64,000 bases of DNA from assembly GCA_046116545.1 (NCBI GenBank), contig CP175956.1, positions 961,734 to 1,025,733 on the forward strand, written 5' to 3'. The position numbers and the translations under genes are program-made. The notes beneath the pieces were generated by a model. The model made no database searches and had not been told where the DNA came from. It worked only from the letters and a program-made list of their open reading frames with translations. Origin of the DNA: Candidatus Moraniibacteriota bacterium (GTDB lineage: Bacteria; Patescibacteriota; Minisyncoccia; Moranbacterales; GCA-2747515). Shown one piece after another: positions 1 to 9,460 of this stretch; position 1 is the stretch's first letter; every line of letters starts with the position of its first letter.

Positions 1-639
1 ATCTTTTCTTTTACGAAATGCTATTACCAAGTTAGCTCCGAATAATCCAAAAATAGCTCCAGATGCACCTATCCCTATAACTAATTTATCGACTGACTCA
101 AAAAGAGTTTGTGCAAAAAATACTGCTAAAATACCTGATATAAAATATATAAATAAATATCTTGAAACAGTTACTCGGCTCTCAACGTAAGCTCCTACCA
201 ACAACAAAAATAACATGTTACCAAGTAAATGCCACCAACTTTTATGTATGAACATACTCGTTACAGATGTGTAAAATGTTTTTAAAACATTTGTGTTTTT
301 CGTACTAAATCCAACAGCGTTGAATGCTTTAGTTTTCATTGAACCACACGTTTCTATAACATTATCATATTTATAACAATTATTTATATCATAATAACAA
401 GATTCTACATTTAAATTATTTCCATTAGCATACAAAATACAATCGATATACTCTTTTGATATCTCTTTTTTTTCAATACATTCAGGCGCAACACCCTTGA
501 TACAATCAAACGTATTAATAGTGTCTGGAGAGCTTAATACAAAAATATAAAAATATAAAAACACTACAACATTAATGATGATTAATATGTATGTAATATA
601 AGATTTGTAGAATATGTTTATTTTTCCCATGAACTGACC

Positions 640-1554
640 TTACTTTTCCAAGTATTTTCTCACTGCTATAAAACTGCTTATAAATCCCAATGCTATACCT
701 AGTAAAATTATAGCTAGTATAACACCAACCATATTTTGATTGTAAAATGCTGCAATATTTGATTCTTCTATCACATTTTTAGCAAGTGGACTAATAGCAT
801 AAATTGTTATTATCAAAAATATTGACGCCACGATTGCACTAGCAAATCCATATAAAACACCTTCAACAAGAGTAGGTATTTTTATATACAGATTTGATGC
901 CCCTACCAATCGCATTACCTCGAACTCTTTTCTATGTGAATACAAACTCATTCTGATAGTATTCAATGTAACTAATACAGCAATTATGCCAAATAAAATT
1001 CCTAGCATAATTCCGCCATTTCTTATAAAAACTATAAAATCATGTAATTCATTTATGACTTCTTTATTTTTATCAAGATTAGTACTCATGATATAATCAC
1101 CATATTCTTGATATAGATAAGAATTTATTTTTTCATAATCAACAGTATCATGAGCTACTATAACCAATGAAGCTGGTAACGGATTTTCGCCTATCATATC
1201 TAGAGCCTCTCTTATCTCTTCACTATCACCTTCTCTTTCCATGAAGTCTTTCAAAGCATCATCCCTTGATATGTACGTCACTGACTGAACTTCTTTAACA
1301 GATTTTCCTTCTAATTCATTTTTAATTTCAATTATCCTCTCTTCATCTACAGTAAAATCAAAATACATACTTACATTAATTCTACTTTCAACAGAATCAA
1401 TTACATGCAAAACTCCAAATCCTAAAAATACAGCCACACCAATGAGATATAATGATAAAGACATTATAATAACAGTCGCTAATGTAAGCCACTTATCTCT
1501 ATAAAAATTTTGCCATCCTTCGCGTATTACACGCGCTAATTTAATTGTTTTCAT
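640..1554 (-). CDS. ftsX: Cell-division ABC transporter permease FtsX
   Basis: 304 aa. One N-terminal TM helix, a large periplasmic loop and a C-terminal block of 3 TM helices. Lies directly downstream of ftsE. Confidence 0.8.
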   Translation of the reverse strand: MKTIKLARVIREGWQNFYRDKWLTLATVIIMSLSLYLIGVAVFLGFGVLHVIDSVESRINVSMYFDFTVDEERIIEIKNELEGKSVKEVQSVTYISRDDALKDFMEREGDSEEIREALDMIGENPLPASLVIVAHDTVDYEKINSYLYQEYGDYIMSTNLDKNKEVINELHDFIVFIRNGGIMLGILFGIIAVLVTLNTIRMSLYSHRKEFEVMRLVGASNLYIKIPTLVEGVLYGFASAIVASIFLIITIYAISPLAKNVIEESNIAAFYNQNMVGVILAIILLGIALGFISSFIAVRKYLEK

Positions 1555-1560
1555 AAATAT

Positions 1561-2253
1561 TTAACCACTAATAATATATTTACCATGTAGATCATCACGT
1601 ATTATGCGACCCTTATCCATCAAAATAACTCTCTTATTCAATTTATCAACAATTGATTTATCATGTGTAGCCAAAATAACAGTTGTTCCAAATGAATTGA
1701 TTTTCAATAATAGTTTTACAATTTCCAATGCTGAGATAGGATCCAGATTTCCCGTTGGTTCATCAGCAATGAGAACCCTTGGTCTGTGTATAACTGCTCT
1801 AGCTAGAGATATACGTTGCTGCTCACCTCCACTAATTTGGTGTGGATATCTATCAGCCTTACTTTCCATTTTTACAATACGTAACATATTTTCCACCTCA
1901 TCTGCAATTTGAGCATCTGACTTCCCTTGAACCTCCAATGTATATGCCACATTTTCAAATATAGTTTTTTGTGGTAATAATTTAAAATCTTGAAACACTG
2001 TTCCAAAATTTCTCCTAAAATGTGGTAAGATTTTTCTTTTCAAATCTGCAATATTTTTTCCTCCAAAATACACAGCTCCATCTGTAGGAAACTCATCTGC
2101 ATATATCATTTTTAATAAAGTTGACTTTCCAGCACCACTAGAGCCCACCAAGGAAACAAATTCTCCTTGATCAATTGTGCAATTGATATTATCCAATCCA
2201 ACAAATCCATCAGAATATTCTTTTGCTACATTTTCCAATGTAATTAATTTCAT
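1561..2253 (-). CDS. ftsE: Cell-division ABC transporter ATP-binding protein FtsE
   Basis: Walker A motif GSSGAGKST, ABC signature LSGGEQQR and Walker B ILIADEPT. 230 aa. Adjacent to ftsX. Confidence 0.85.
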   Translation of the reverse strand: MKLITLENVAKEYSDGFVGLDNINCTIDQGEFVSLVGSSGAGKSTLLKMIYADEFPTDGAVYFGGKNIADLKRKILPHFRRNFGTVFQDFKLLPQKTIFENVAYTLEVQGKSDAQIADEVENMLRIVKMESKADRYPHQISGGEQQRISLARAVIHRPRVLIADEPTGNLDPISALEIVKLLLKINSFGTTVILATHDKSIVDKLNKRVILMDKGRIIRDDLHGKYIISG

Positions 2254-2344
2254 ATCTTTATTTCATCTTCCATGACTCTCAGAGCAATGTAAGATTTTTT
2301 TATTTTATATCTAAATCTATACTGTAGTTAATTATACCACAAAA

Positions 2345-3425
2345 TTATTTCATTCTCAAAAATGCAGTTATGAATTCATCTATATCACCATCCAACACAT
2401 CATCAACTTGAGCTGACTCATGTTTTGTGCGATGATCTTTAACTAATTTATATGGATGTAGTACGTATGAACGTATCTGATTTCCCCAACCAGCTTCTTT
2501 CATTTCACCTCTCAACTCTCTTTTTTTAGCTTCTTTTTCTTCTAAAAATTGCTTATGCAATTTTGCTTTTAACATTTTCATTGCGTGTTCTTTATTCTGT
2601 GCTTGCGACCTCTCACTCTGACATTGAGCTGTTATCCCCGTTAGTTCATGAGTTATACGAACAGCACTATCAGTTGTATTTACATGTTGTCCACCTGCTC
2701 CAGATGCCCTGTAAGTATCAATACGCAAATCATCTGATTTTATTTCGAAATCTTCTACATCATCAATGATGGGCATTACATCCACACGAGCAAACGATGT
2801 TTGTCGTAAATTATCAGAATTAAACGGAGACAATCTCACCATCCTATGCACACCTGATTCTGCTCGCATATGACCATAAGCCCATCTTCCATCAATCTCT
2901 ATAGTTGCACTTTTAATTCCTGCCTCATTTCCATTAACCTTATCCAGTAATCGAACTTTAAACTCTTTATTTTCAGCCCATTTCATAAACATTCGCAAAA
3001 GCATTTCAGACCAATCTTGTGCATCTACACCACCAGCTCCAGTGTTAATAGTAACTATTGCACTATTTACATCATATTCCCCATCAAATAATGTATAAAA
3101 TTCTATTTGTTCAATATTTTTTTGCAATTGTACAACTTGTTTTTCTATATCAGTCCATTCTTCATCAGAACTCACTATCTCACATAACTCCTCTACATCA
3201 TTTAATTCTACTTCTAGCTTTTCAAAAGATTCTACTTCACTCCTTAATCCCTCAAGTTCTTGCATTATATTTTTTGCTCTAACTTGATCATCCCAAAAAC
3301 CCTCTTCACTCGAAAGAATTTCATTTTGAATTATTTTGTGCTTCTTATCTTCAACGTCAAAGAGATTCCCGCAACTGCAGGGATTTATCTTGTAATTTAT
3401 TAATTTTTTCTATAACTTCACGCAT
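2345..3425 (-). CDS. prfB: Peptide chain release factor 2, made by a programmed +1 frameshift
   Basis: The main ORF (2345..3265 frame) carries the SPF tripeptide and the GGQ motif (RASGAGGQHVNTTDS). Upstream there is a 22-codon frame-0 leader MREVIEKINKLQDKSLQLRESL from the ATG at 3425 down to 3360. It ends in the canonical CTT TGA C shift site (TGA at 3357-3359). Frame +1 from GAC (3358..3356) is continuous with the annotated ORF. Confidence 0.85.
3356..3362 (-). other. Programmed +1 ribosomal frameshift site CTT TGA C of prfB
   Basis: The plus strand reads GTCAAAG, whose reverse complement is CTTTGAC. It is the same heptamer as the autoregulatory shift site of bacterial RF2. Confidence 0.8.
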
Positions 3426-3446
3426 ATTTCATTTTTATTATTCACG

Positions 3447-3519
3447 AGCCATCCATCGGAATCGAACCGATGACCTACGCGTTACGAGTGCGTTGCTCTG
3501 CCAACTGAGCTAGAATGGC
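3447..3519 (-). tRNA. tRNA-Thr, anticodon CGT
   Basis: Folded by hand from the reverse complement: 7-bp acceptor stem GCCATTC/GGATGGC, D-arm GCTC-AGTTGGCA-GAGC, anticodon loop CTCGTAA, T-arm ATCGG-TTCGATT-CCGAT. CCA is not encoded. Confidence 0.7.
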
Positions 3520-3583
3520 GTATGAAATAAGTATGCCACACTTATTTTAACAAAACAATATATTTAAAAGATACCAAAAAATA

Positions 3584-3611
3584 AAAACATCTCATTTTCA
3601 GAGATGTTTTT
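3584..3611. terminator. Palindromic hairpin plus T-tract between the two tRNA genes; terminator-like in both directions
   Basis: Stem aaaacatctc/gagatgtttt with a 7-nt loop, flanked by T/A runs on both strands. Confidence 0.4.
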
Positions 3612-3621
3612 ATATATTTTG

Positions 3622-3694
3622 GGCGACTAGAGGGAATTGAACCCTCATCCTCGGTACCACAAACCGATGTTCTAACCGTTGAACTATAGTCGCC
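3622..3694 (-). tRNA. tRNA-His, anticodon GTG, with genomically encoded G-1
   Basis: The reverse complement gives an extra 5' G before acceptor stem GCGACTA/TAGTCGC, and discriminator C73 that pairs with G-1. Anticodon stem TCGGT/ACCGA with loop TTGTGGT, T-arm GAGGG-TTCAATT-CCCTC. G-1 is a hallmark of tRNA-His. Confidence 0.8.
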
Positions 3695-3743
3695 ACGATA
3701 AAAACGTTTTACTTAAAATATTATACCAGAATATTTCAAAAAA

Positions 3744-4601
3744 TCAAGTCTCATTTTTCAAATCTACAATAGCCTTAGCTTCTGCTACAATTTGTTCTAA
3801 TTTTCTACCTCTAACTCCAGCATGTTCAAGTATATCTTTTTTATATTCAACCTCCCTGCATAATATCAAACCCTTACTCAAAATTGTATCTTTTTGTCTT
3901 TTGGATAATTTTGTTATGGCTGTTATTGGATGTAATCCTGTCTTATCAATTAACTCTGCCAAACTTTTGCCATGTGGATATCTCCAACTCATAAGCTCAA
4001 TTCCTGCACATCTTGCATAATCAACTGCCTGTGAAGTAAATTGTGTATTTGTAACAAGCCATAATTTATGAAGATGTTTATCTCTTCCCTCATGTATTCC
4101 ATCCCATCTTTTTTTTATATCATCAAATCTTGCCTTCATATACAATACAGTTTGTACATCACTTTTATACCCCAACTTATTATGAAATTTACATTCAAAT
4201 ATGAAATGTCTATTATCTCTATATGCCATTACATCAATCTCATGCGTTATACAACTCCCTCTAAGTGTTCTATTTGTACTTGTTTTATATCCACGAGCAT
4301 CTAAAAGACGTGCTACAAACTGTTCAAAAGGATACCCACTTGGACCAAGCATCTTCAGAGCTCTTTTTAAATTATATCTTGCAGCTGTTGGTGCATTACG
4401 TGTTTTTAATTTATTGTATGCAGATCTATGAATTTTCACAGTAGTATCTAAATTTGATTCTTTTGAGATTTCTTTTGCAACAGCCTTTGCCCTTTCACTA
4501 TCAATTCCAGCACGCTCAAGAGACCTCTGTAATTTACTTGCAGAAAACTCTTCTTTTTCCCCTGTTGTTTTTTTTATTTCTTTATTCATTACAGACACCA
4601 T
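3744..4601 (-). CDS. ATP-cone domain fused to an Mrr-like PD-(D/E)xK restriction-endonuclease domain
   Basis: The N-terminal ~90 aa match the ATP-cone pattern (EIKKTTGEKEEFSASKLQRSLERAG). The C-terminal half matches the Mrr_cat pattern: FEQFVARLLDARGY ... GSCITHEIDVMAY ... FIFECKFHNK (D...ExK). It overlaps the upstream LOG gene by 20 nt. Confidence 0.6.
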   Translation of the reverse strand: MVSVMNKEIKKTTGEKEEFSASKLQRSLERAGIDSERAKAVAKEISKESNLDTTVKIHRSAYNKLKTRNAPTAARYNLKRALKMLGPSGYPFEQFVARLLDARGYKTSTNRTLRGSCITHEIDVMAYRDNRHFIFECKFHNKLGYKSDVQTVLYMKARFDDIKKRWDGIHEGRDKHLHKLWLVTNTQFTSQAVDYARCAGIELMSWRYPHGKSLAELIDKTGLHPITAITKLSKRQKDTILSKGLILCREVEYKKDILEHAGVRGRKLEQIVAEAKAIVDLKNET

Positions 4602-5343
4602 TTATATCACATGTATCAATAATCTCACAAGCCTCCTCAGCAGTATCTACTAAATGAAATAGTTCCATATCTTCTTCTTTTATTGCACGATTTTTTCCCC
4701 AAACTACACCACGAATCCAATCTACTAAAGGACCCCAATACTCCTTATTAACAAGTATTACTGGAATAGGTTTTGTCTTACCTGTTTGTATAAGAGTAAG
4801 CATTTCAAATAATTCATCAAGCGTACCAAATCCTCCTGGAAAAAATATGTATACTTGTGACGCAAATGAAAGTATCACCTTTCTGGAAAAAAAGAAATCA
4901 AATGATTCTGAATCAGTAATATACTGATTTTTACGTTCTGTCACACTATGATTTGGTAAATTAATATTAATTCCAACACTTCTACCATTAGCCTCTTTTG
5001 CACCCTTATTAGCAGCTTCCATAATACCAGGACCGCCGCCAGTAAATACCGCAAAGTCTCTTTCAGCTAATTTATATGCCAATTTTTCTGCTTCTTGATA
5101 TACATCATTATCAAAACCAAATCTAGCACTACCAAAAATACTAGCAGCCTTATCAAAACGCGATAGGAAATCATGACCTTTAACAAATTCTGATTGAATC
5201 TTTAAAATCCTCCATGATAAACCACTTGTATAATGTTCTTCCTCAGCAATTTCTGGAGACAAAAACTCACGTTCACGATTTAATGACACATCAAACTTTT
5301 CACCTCCCACAGTAAATGTTACTTGTTTATCTTTATCTATCAT
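4582..5343 (-). CDS. LOG-family protein (TIGR00730 / nucleotide 5'-monophosphate nucleosidase-like) with a ~65-aa N-terminal extension
   Basis: Core motifs VFTGGGPGIMEAANKGA and PGGFGTLDELFEMLTLIQTGK (LOG signatures GGGxGxM and GGxGTxxE). Confidence 0.75.
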   Translation of the reverse strand: MIDKDKQVTFTVGGEKFDVSLNREREFLSPEIAEEEHYTSGLSWRILKIQSEFVKGHDFLSRFDKAASIFGSARFGFDNDVYQEAEKLAYKLAERDFAVFTGGGPGIMEAANKGAKEANGRSVGININLPNHSVTERKNQYITDSESFDFFFSRKVILSFASQVYIFFPGGFGTLDELFEMLTLIQTGKTKPIPVILVNKEYWGPLVDWIRGVVWGKNRAIKEEDMELFHLVDTAEEACEIIDTCDINGVCNE

Positions 5344-5402
5344 ATTTTTATTTTGTCCAACATAACTACTTCAAATTGAGTAAATGAGGATTCCATTTTT
5401 AT

Positions 5403-7298
5403 TTAATTATTTTCTTCTATACTTTTTATAATAGCATTAAAATCAATTTCTTCATATTTCAATAACTCTTCTGTGGTACCACTTTGTGGAATACGTTTAA
5501 CAGATAAACTACTTATATTTCCATTAAAACCATCTAATGCACTTCTAACAGCTTCGTACATACCTCCTTCAGAATAACCATCCTCAACTACAATTATGTT
5601 TTTTATATCTCCTATATTTTTAATTAATGATTTACCATTTATCGGTTTTACACAATACAAATCAATGATACGTATACTTTTATTTTTTACTTTCAGTATT
5701 TCGTATGCTTTCAATGCTTCTGTTATCGTTATCCCTGCTGCAATTATAACTGCGATATCTTCATCACTGCCCTTCAATATTTTTGAATCACCAATTTTAA
5801 ACTCATCCTTTTTACCATATAGCACACTTGTTTTTTCACGAGTTGTTCTAATATAATTTATACCTTCACCACAATTTTTTATTAAAAATTTTGCAGATAT
5901 AATATCAGATGGATACAAGACTTTACCATCAATAATTGACCTCATCATAGCTATATCACTGAGTCCCATCTGTGAACTACCATCAGCACCAATAGAAACG
6001 CCAGCATGAGAACCTACAAATGTAATATTGCTTTCACTGAGTCTTGCCATTCTTATTTGATCATGAGCTCTTGTAAAAAATGCAGCAAAGGTTGAGCAAA
6101 ATGGTTTATATCCCATACGTGACAGTCCAACGGCAACACTTACCATATTTTGTTCAGCTATGAACATTTCGAAAAACCTTTCAGGATAATATGCTTTTAC
6201 TTTCTCGGACCTAGTTGAATTACTAACCTCAGCATCCAAAACAATTATCTTTTCATCTTCACTCATCATTTCCACAAGTGCATCGCCATAAGCATCACGA
6301 GTTGCATACTTTTCATCAATATTAAATTCACTACCAACACTATTGTCATTCCTGCGAAGGCAGGAATCTTTCTGCAAAACTATAGATGCATCACTTGATA
6401 AATACTTACCGTCTCGAGACTGACAAGGTTGTGGCAACGCAATAGAACCACGTACATCAAAATCAATATCTCCAAGTTCATTTACTGCCTCAATAAATTC
6501 TTCTTCCTTCAAAACTTTTCCATGCCAACTATATTTATCTTCCAAAAATGATATGCCACGCCCCTTATATGTTTTTGCAATTATCATCAATGGTTTTTTA
6601 TGCTCCCCTATCATATCTTTATATACCCTCAATATTTCGTCCACATCATGACCATCTACAACAACACTTCTCCAGCCAAAAGCTTTTGCACGTGCTACAT
6701 ATTTATCCACATCATGACCATCCATAGTCTCACCCCTCTGCCCAAGCCTATTTACATCAACTACTGCAATCAGATTTCCTAATTCATAATAACTAGCAAG
6801 ATTCATTGCTTCCCAAACTTGACCCTCAGCCATTTCACTATCTCCCAACAGCACATAAGTTTTAGCAATAGATTTGTCTATTTTTTTTTGAGCTAACGCC
6901 ATACCCACTCCCACAGAAAGTCCTTGACCAAGAGAGCCCGTGGATGCTTCAGTAAACGGAAACTTCATTGTAGGATGTCCTTCTAAATTACTCCCAAACT
7001 TTCTAAAGGTGTTTAATTCTTCTGGTTTTACAGCGCCAGCAGCTGTCCACAAAGAATAAAAAAGTGGCGAAGCATGTCCTTTTGAGAAAATAAGCCTATC
7101 ATTATTTTCATCTCTTATGTTTTTTATATCAAACTTAAAAACTCCAGAAAACATAAGTGAACTCATTATTTCTACAGCACTAAGTGAAGATGTAGGATGA
7201 CCAGAACCAGCTGTTGTAGTCATATCCAAAATCCAATATCTAAGCAATTTATTTATTTTTTCTAGTTGTTGTATTTTTTCTTTTTGTTTTATTGACAT
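5403..7298 (-). CDS. tkt: Transketolase
   Basis: 631 aa. TPP-binding N-terminus (GSGHPTSSLSAVEI, GDSEMAEGQVWEA), pyrimidine-binding and C-terminal domains all present. Confidence 0.85.
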   Translation of the reverse strand: MSIKQKEKIQQLEKINKLLRYWILDMTTTAGSGHPTSSLSAVEIMSSLMFSGVFKFDIKNIRDENNDRLIFSKGHASPLFYSLWTAAGAVKPEELNTFRKFGSNLEGHPTMKFPFTEASTGSLGQGLSVGVGMALAQKKIDKSIAKTYVLLGDSEMAEGQVWEAMNLASYYELGNLIAVVDVNRLGQRGETMDGHDVDKYVARAKAFGWRSVVVDGHDVDEILRVYKDMIGEHKKPLMIIAKTYKGRGISFLEDKYSWHGKVLKEEEFIEAVNELGDIDFDVRGSIALPQPCQSRDGKYLSSDASIVLQKDSCLRRNDNSVGSEFNIDEKYATRDAYGDALVEMMSEDEKIIVLDAEVSNSTRSEKVKAYYPERFFEMFIAEQNMVSVAVGLSRMGYKPFCSTFAAFFTRAHDQIRMARLSESNITFVGSHAGVSIGADGSSQMGLSDIAMMRSIIDGKVLYPSDIISAKFLIKNCGEGINYIRTTREKTSVLYGKKDEFKIGDSKILKGSDEDIAVIIAAGITITEALKAYEILKVKNKSIRIIDLYCVKPINGKSLIKNIGDIKNIIVVEDGYSEGGMYEAVRSALDGFNGNISSLSVKRIPQSGTTEELLKYEEIDFNAIIKSIEENN

Positions 7299-7377
7299 TT
7301 CAAGTTTTATTATATAAACTATGATATCGTCCTTTTACATATACATATTACCACAATTTTACACATAGGAGAAAATC

Positions 7378-7842
7378 ATGAGTGATAATGTAAAGAATAT
7401 CTTATTAAAAGCTTCTGGAGATGTTTTTAAAAGCAAAGATTTTAAACATTTTGCAACAGAGCTGGCAACAAAATCTTTTGTTGTTATTGTAGTTGGTGGT
7501 GGAACAGAAATCAGCAAAAGACTAGAGGCAGCTGGTTATACCATTGCCTTTGATGATGTCCATGGACGAATCACTGAAAGCTGGGAAGAACGTAAAATAG
7601 CCCGTAACGTCTTGGAAGAAAATACCAAAAAACTACAAGATGATTTAGTAGGAACTGGTGCATTTGTCATTCCTTCAGTTATTGATATTGCTGGTGTAAC
7701 ATGTCATATTAATGGTGATAACTATATCAAGTCTGCATACCTTGGCTTTGATGAGTTGTATGTATTTACAACAGCTGAACGTATAGAAGCTAAATCTAAA
7801 ATATTTAGTAGCTATCCAAAAGTAAAAGTACGTGCCGTTTAA
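7378..7842 (+). CDS. Short amino-acid-kinase-fold protein, UMP-kinase-like, function unknown
   Basis: LLKASGDVF and VVIVVGGGTEISKRL resemble the N-lobe of carbamate/UMP kinases, but the protein is only 154 aa. Divergent from tkt. One of only two plus-strand CDSs. Confidence 0.35.
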   Translation: MSDNVKNILLKASGDVFKSKDFKHFATELATKSFVVIVVGGGTEISKRLEAAGYTIAFDDVHGRITESWEERKIARNVLEENTKKLQDDLVGTGAFVIPSVIDIAGVTCHINGDNYIKSAYLGFDELYVFTTAERIEAKSKIFSSYPKVKVRAV

Positions 7843-7878
7843 AAAGTTATCCGTAAAAGAATTAAAATAAATTATAGA

Positions 7879-7910
7879 GCAATTAACTACAAGTAGTTAA
7901 TTGCTTTTTT
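7879..7910 (+). terminator. Intrinsic terminator of the 7378..7842 gene
   Basis: 12-bp perfect stem gcaattaactac/gtagttaattgc with a 2-nt loop, followed by TTTTTT. Confidence 0.6.
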
Positions 7911-7950
7911 ATATAAAAAGTCCAACCTAAGGTCGACCCCCGGTTGGACT
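7911..7950 (-). terminator. Intrinsic terminator of gdh, read on the minus strand
   Basis: Stem agtccaacc/ggttggact enclosing a GTCGAC palindrome. On the minus strand it is followed by TTTTT. Confidence 0.5.
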
Positions 7951-7957
7951 TTATCAA

Positions 7958-7992
7958 AATTCTTAATTCTTAATTCTTAATTCTTAATTCCT
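7958..7992. repeat. Heptanucleotide microsatellite (AATTCTT) x ~5
   Basis: Direct tandem copies at 7958, 7965, 7972, 7979 and a variant at 7986. The last copy contains the gdh stop codon. Confidence 0.7.
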
Positions 7993-9272
7993 TAAATCCA
8001 ACCCCTTCCCTGCATTGCACTTTCAATCCTTTCTATCGCAAGTATAAATGAAGCTTTTCTATAATCAATTTTATATTTCTTAGCTTTATTACAAACATTG
8101 TCATATGATTCAATCATAATTTCTGCTAATTTTCTATTTGTCTCACTCTCACTCCAAGATGTGTTTTGCATGTTTTGTAGCCACTCAAAATATGAAACTG
8201 TAACACCTCCAGCATTTGCCAATACATCAGGAATAATTACAACATCTTTTTTATATAAAATTTCATCAGCTTCTGGAGTTGTTGGTCCATTTGCTAATTC
8301 TATAATTGTAGTTGCTTTTATATTGTCTGCATTGTCCTGCGTTATTTGATTTTCAATCGCTGCTGGCACCAACACATCACAATCCATTTCCAATAATTCT
8401 TCATTTGTTGCACTTAAATACTCATCTGTATCACATACTGATTTATCACAATAAATTTTGCCTTTTTTATTTTTCATATCAATGACCCTTGTCACATCAA
8501 TACCTTTACCATTTTTACTAACAATTGCACCACGTGAATCACTAACTCCAACTACTTTATACCCTGCTTCATGTACCAGTGTTGCAAAAACCTGACCAGC
8601 ATTTCCAAATCCCTGAATAGCAATTCTTAAGTCCTCTGGCTTTTTATTTAGTTTCTCTGCAATTCGCTCAAGCAAAACAAATCCACCTCTAGCAGTTGCA
8701 GTTGCTCTTGCAGTGATACCACCTATTGCAACTGGCTTTCCCGTGAATGATCCCGGCACAGTATAACCTTTAAGTCTAGAATACTGATCCATCATCCATC
8801 CCATTATCTGTTCATTTGTATAAACATCTGGAGCTGGTATATCAATCTTTGGACCAATTTCTAAATAAAGACCCCTAACATATCCACGACTAAGCTCTTG
8901 TAATTCAGCATCTGACAACTCTTTAGGATTCACTTCCACTCCACCCTTAGCTCCACCATATGGTATATCCACAACAGCACATTTAATAGCCATCCAAAAA
9001 GCCAATGCTTTCACTTCATCGATATCAACCGCAGGATGAAATCTCACACCTCCCTTATACGGACCACGTGCATTATTATGTTGTACACGATAACCTCGAA
9101 ATGTCTTTAATTTCCCATCATCCATCTTCACAGGAATCGCAATTTCATGGATTCTTTGAGGACTTTTTAACATCTCAATTGTATCTTTATCTATATTTGC
9201 AACTTCAGCAGCATTTTTCAACTGTTGCATTGCATTTTCAAATGGATTTTGCATAATTTTGTAGAGACACAT
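7992..9272 (-). CDS. gdhA: Glutamate dehydrogenase
   Basis: Classic Glu/Leu/Phe/Val dehydrogenase active-site region KGGVRFHP...DIPYGGAKGG. 426 aa. Confidence 0.9.
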   Translation of the reverse strand: MCLYKIMQNPFENAMQQLKNAAEVANIDKDTIEMLKSPQRIHEIAIPVKMDDGKLKTFRGYRVQHNNARGPYKGGVRFHPAVDIDEVKALAFWMAIKCAVVDIPYGGAKGGVEVNPKELSDAELQELSRGYVRGLYLEIGPKIDIPAPDVYTNEQIMGWMMDQYSRLKGYTVPGSFTGKPVAIGGITARATATARGGFVLLERIAEKLNKKPEDLRIAIQGFGNAGQVFATLVHEAGYKVVGVSDSRGAIVSKNGKGIDVTRVIDMKNKKGKIYCDKSVCDTDEYLSATNEELLEMDCDVLVPAAIENQITQDNADNIKATTIIELANGPTTPEADEILYKKDVVIIPDVLANAGGVTVSYFEWLQNMQNTSWSESETNRKLAEIMIESYDNVCNKAKKYKIDYRKASFILAIERIESAMQGRGWI

Positions 9273-9344
9273 TGCAATGTGTCTCTACATCATTACAATA
9301 TTTCTCTTATTTTTTAATAATTAGTAATAAAATTTGTCTCATTA

Positions 9345-9450
9345 CTCCCTCTCCCTATGGGAGAGGGCTGGGGTGAGGGTAAAAATTATTAAGTTTATCG
9401 CACTTTACAACTCTATCTATCTACCCCTCACCTCAGGGGAGAGGCGGTTT
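9345..9450. repeat. GC-rich imperfect palindromic element (~105 bp)
   Basis: Local hairpin ccctctccc-tat-gggagaggg (9347..9367). Then arm ggggtgagggta (9369..9381), a 40-bp AT-rich spacer, the inverted arm tacccctcacc (9422..9432) and ggggagagg, followed by TTTTT. Confidence 0.5.
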
Positions 9451-9460
9451 TTAAAAATCA

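Noticed and set aside
1604-1912. Plus-strand ORF antisense to ftsE (and similar ones: 2563..2769, 4068..4431, 5596..5856, 11319..11597)
   Set aside because: Short and antisense to well-supported genes, with no motifs.
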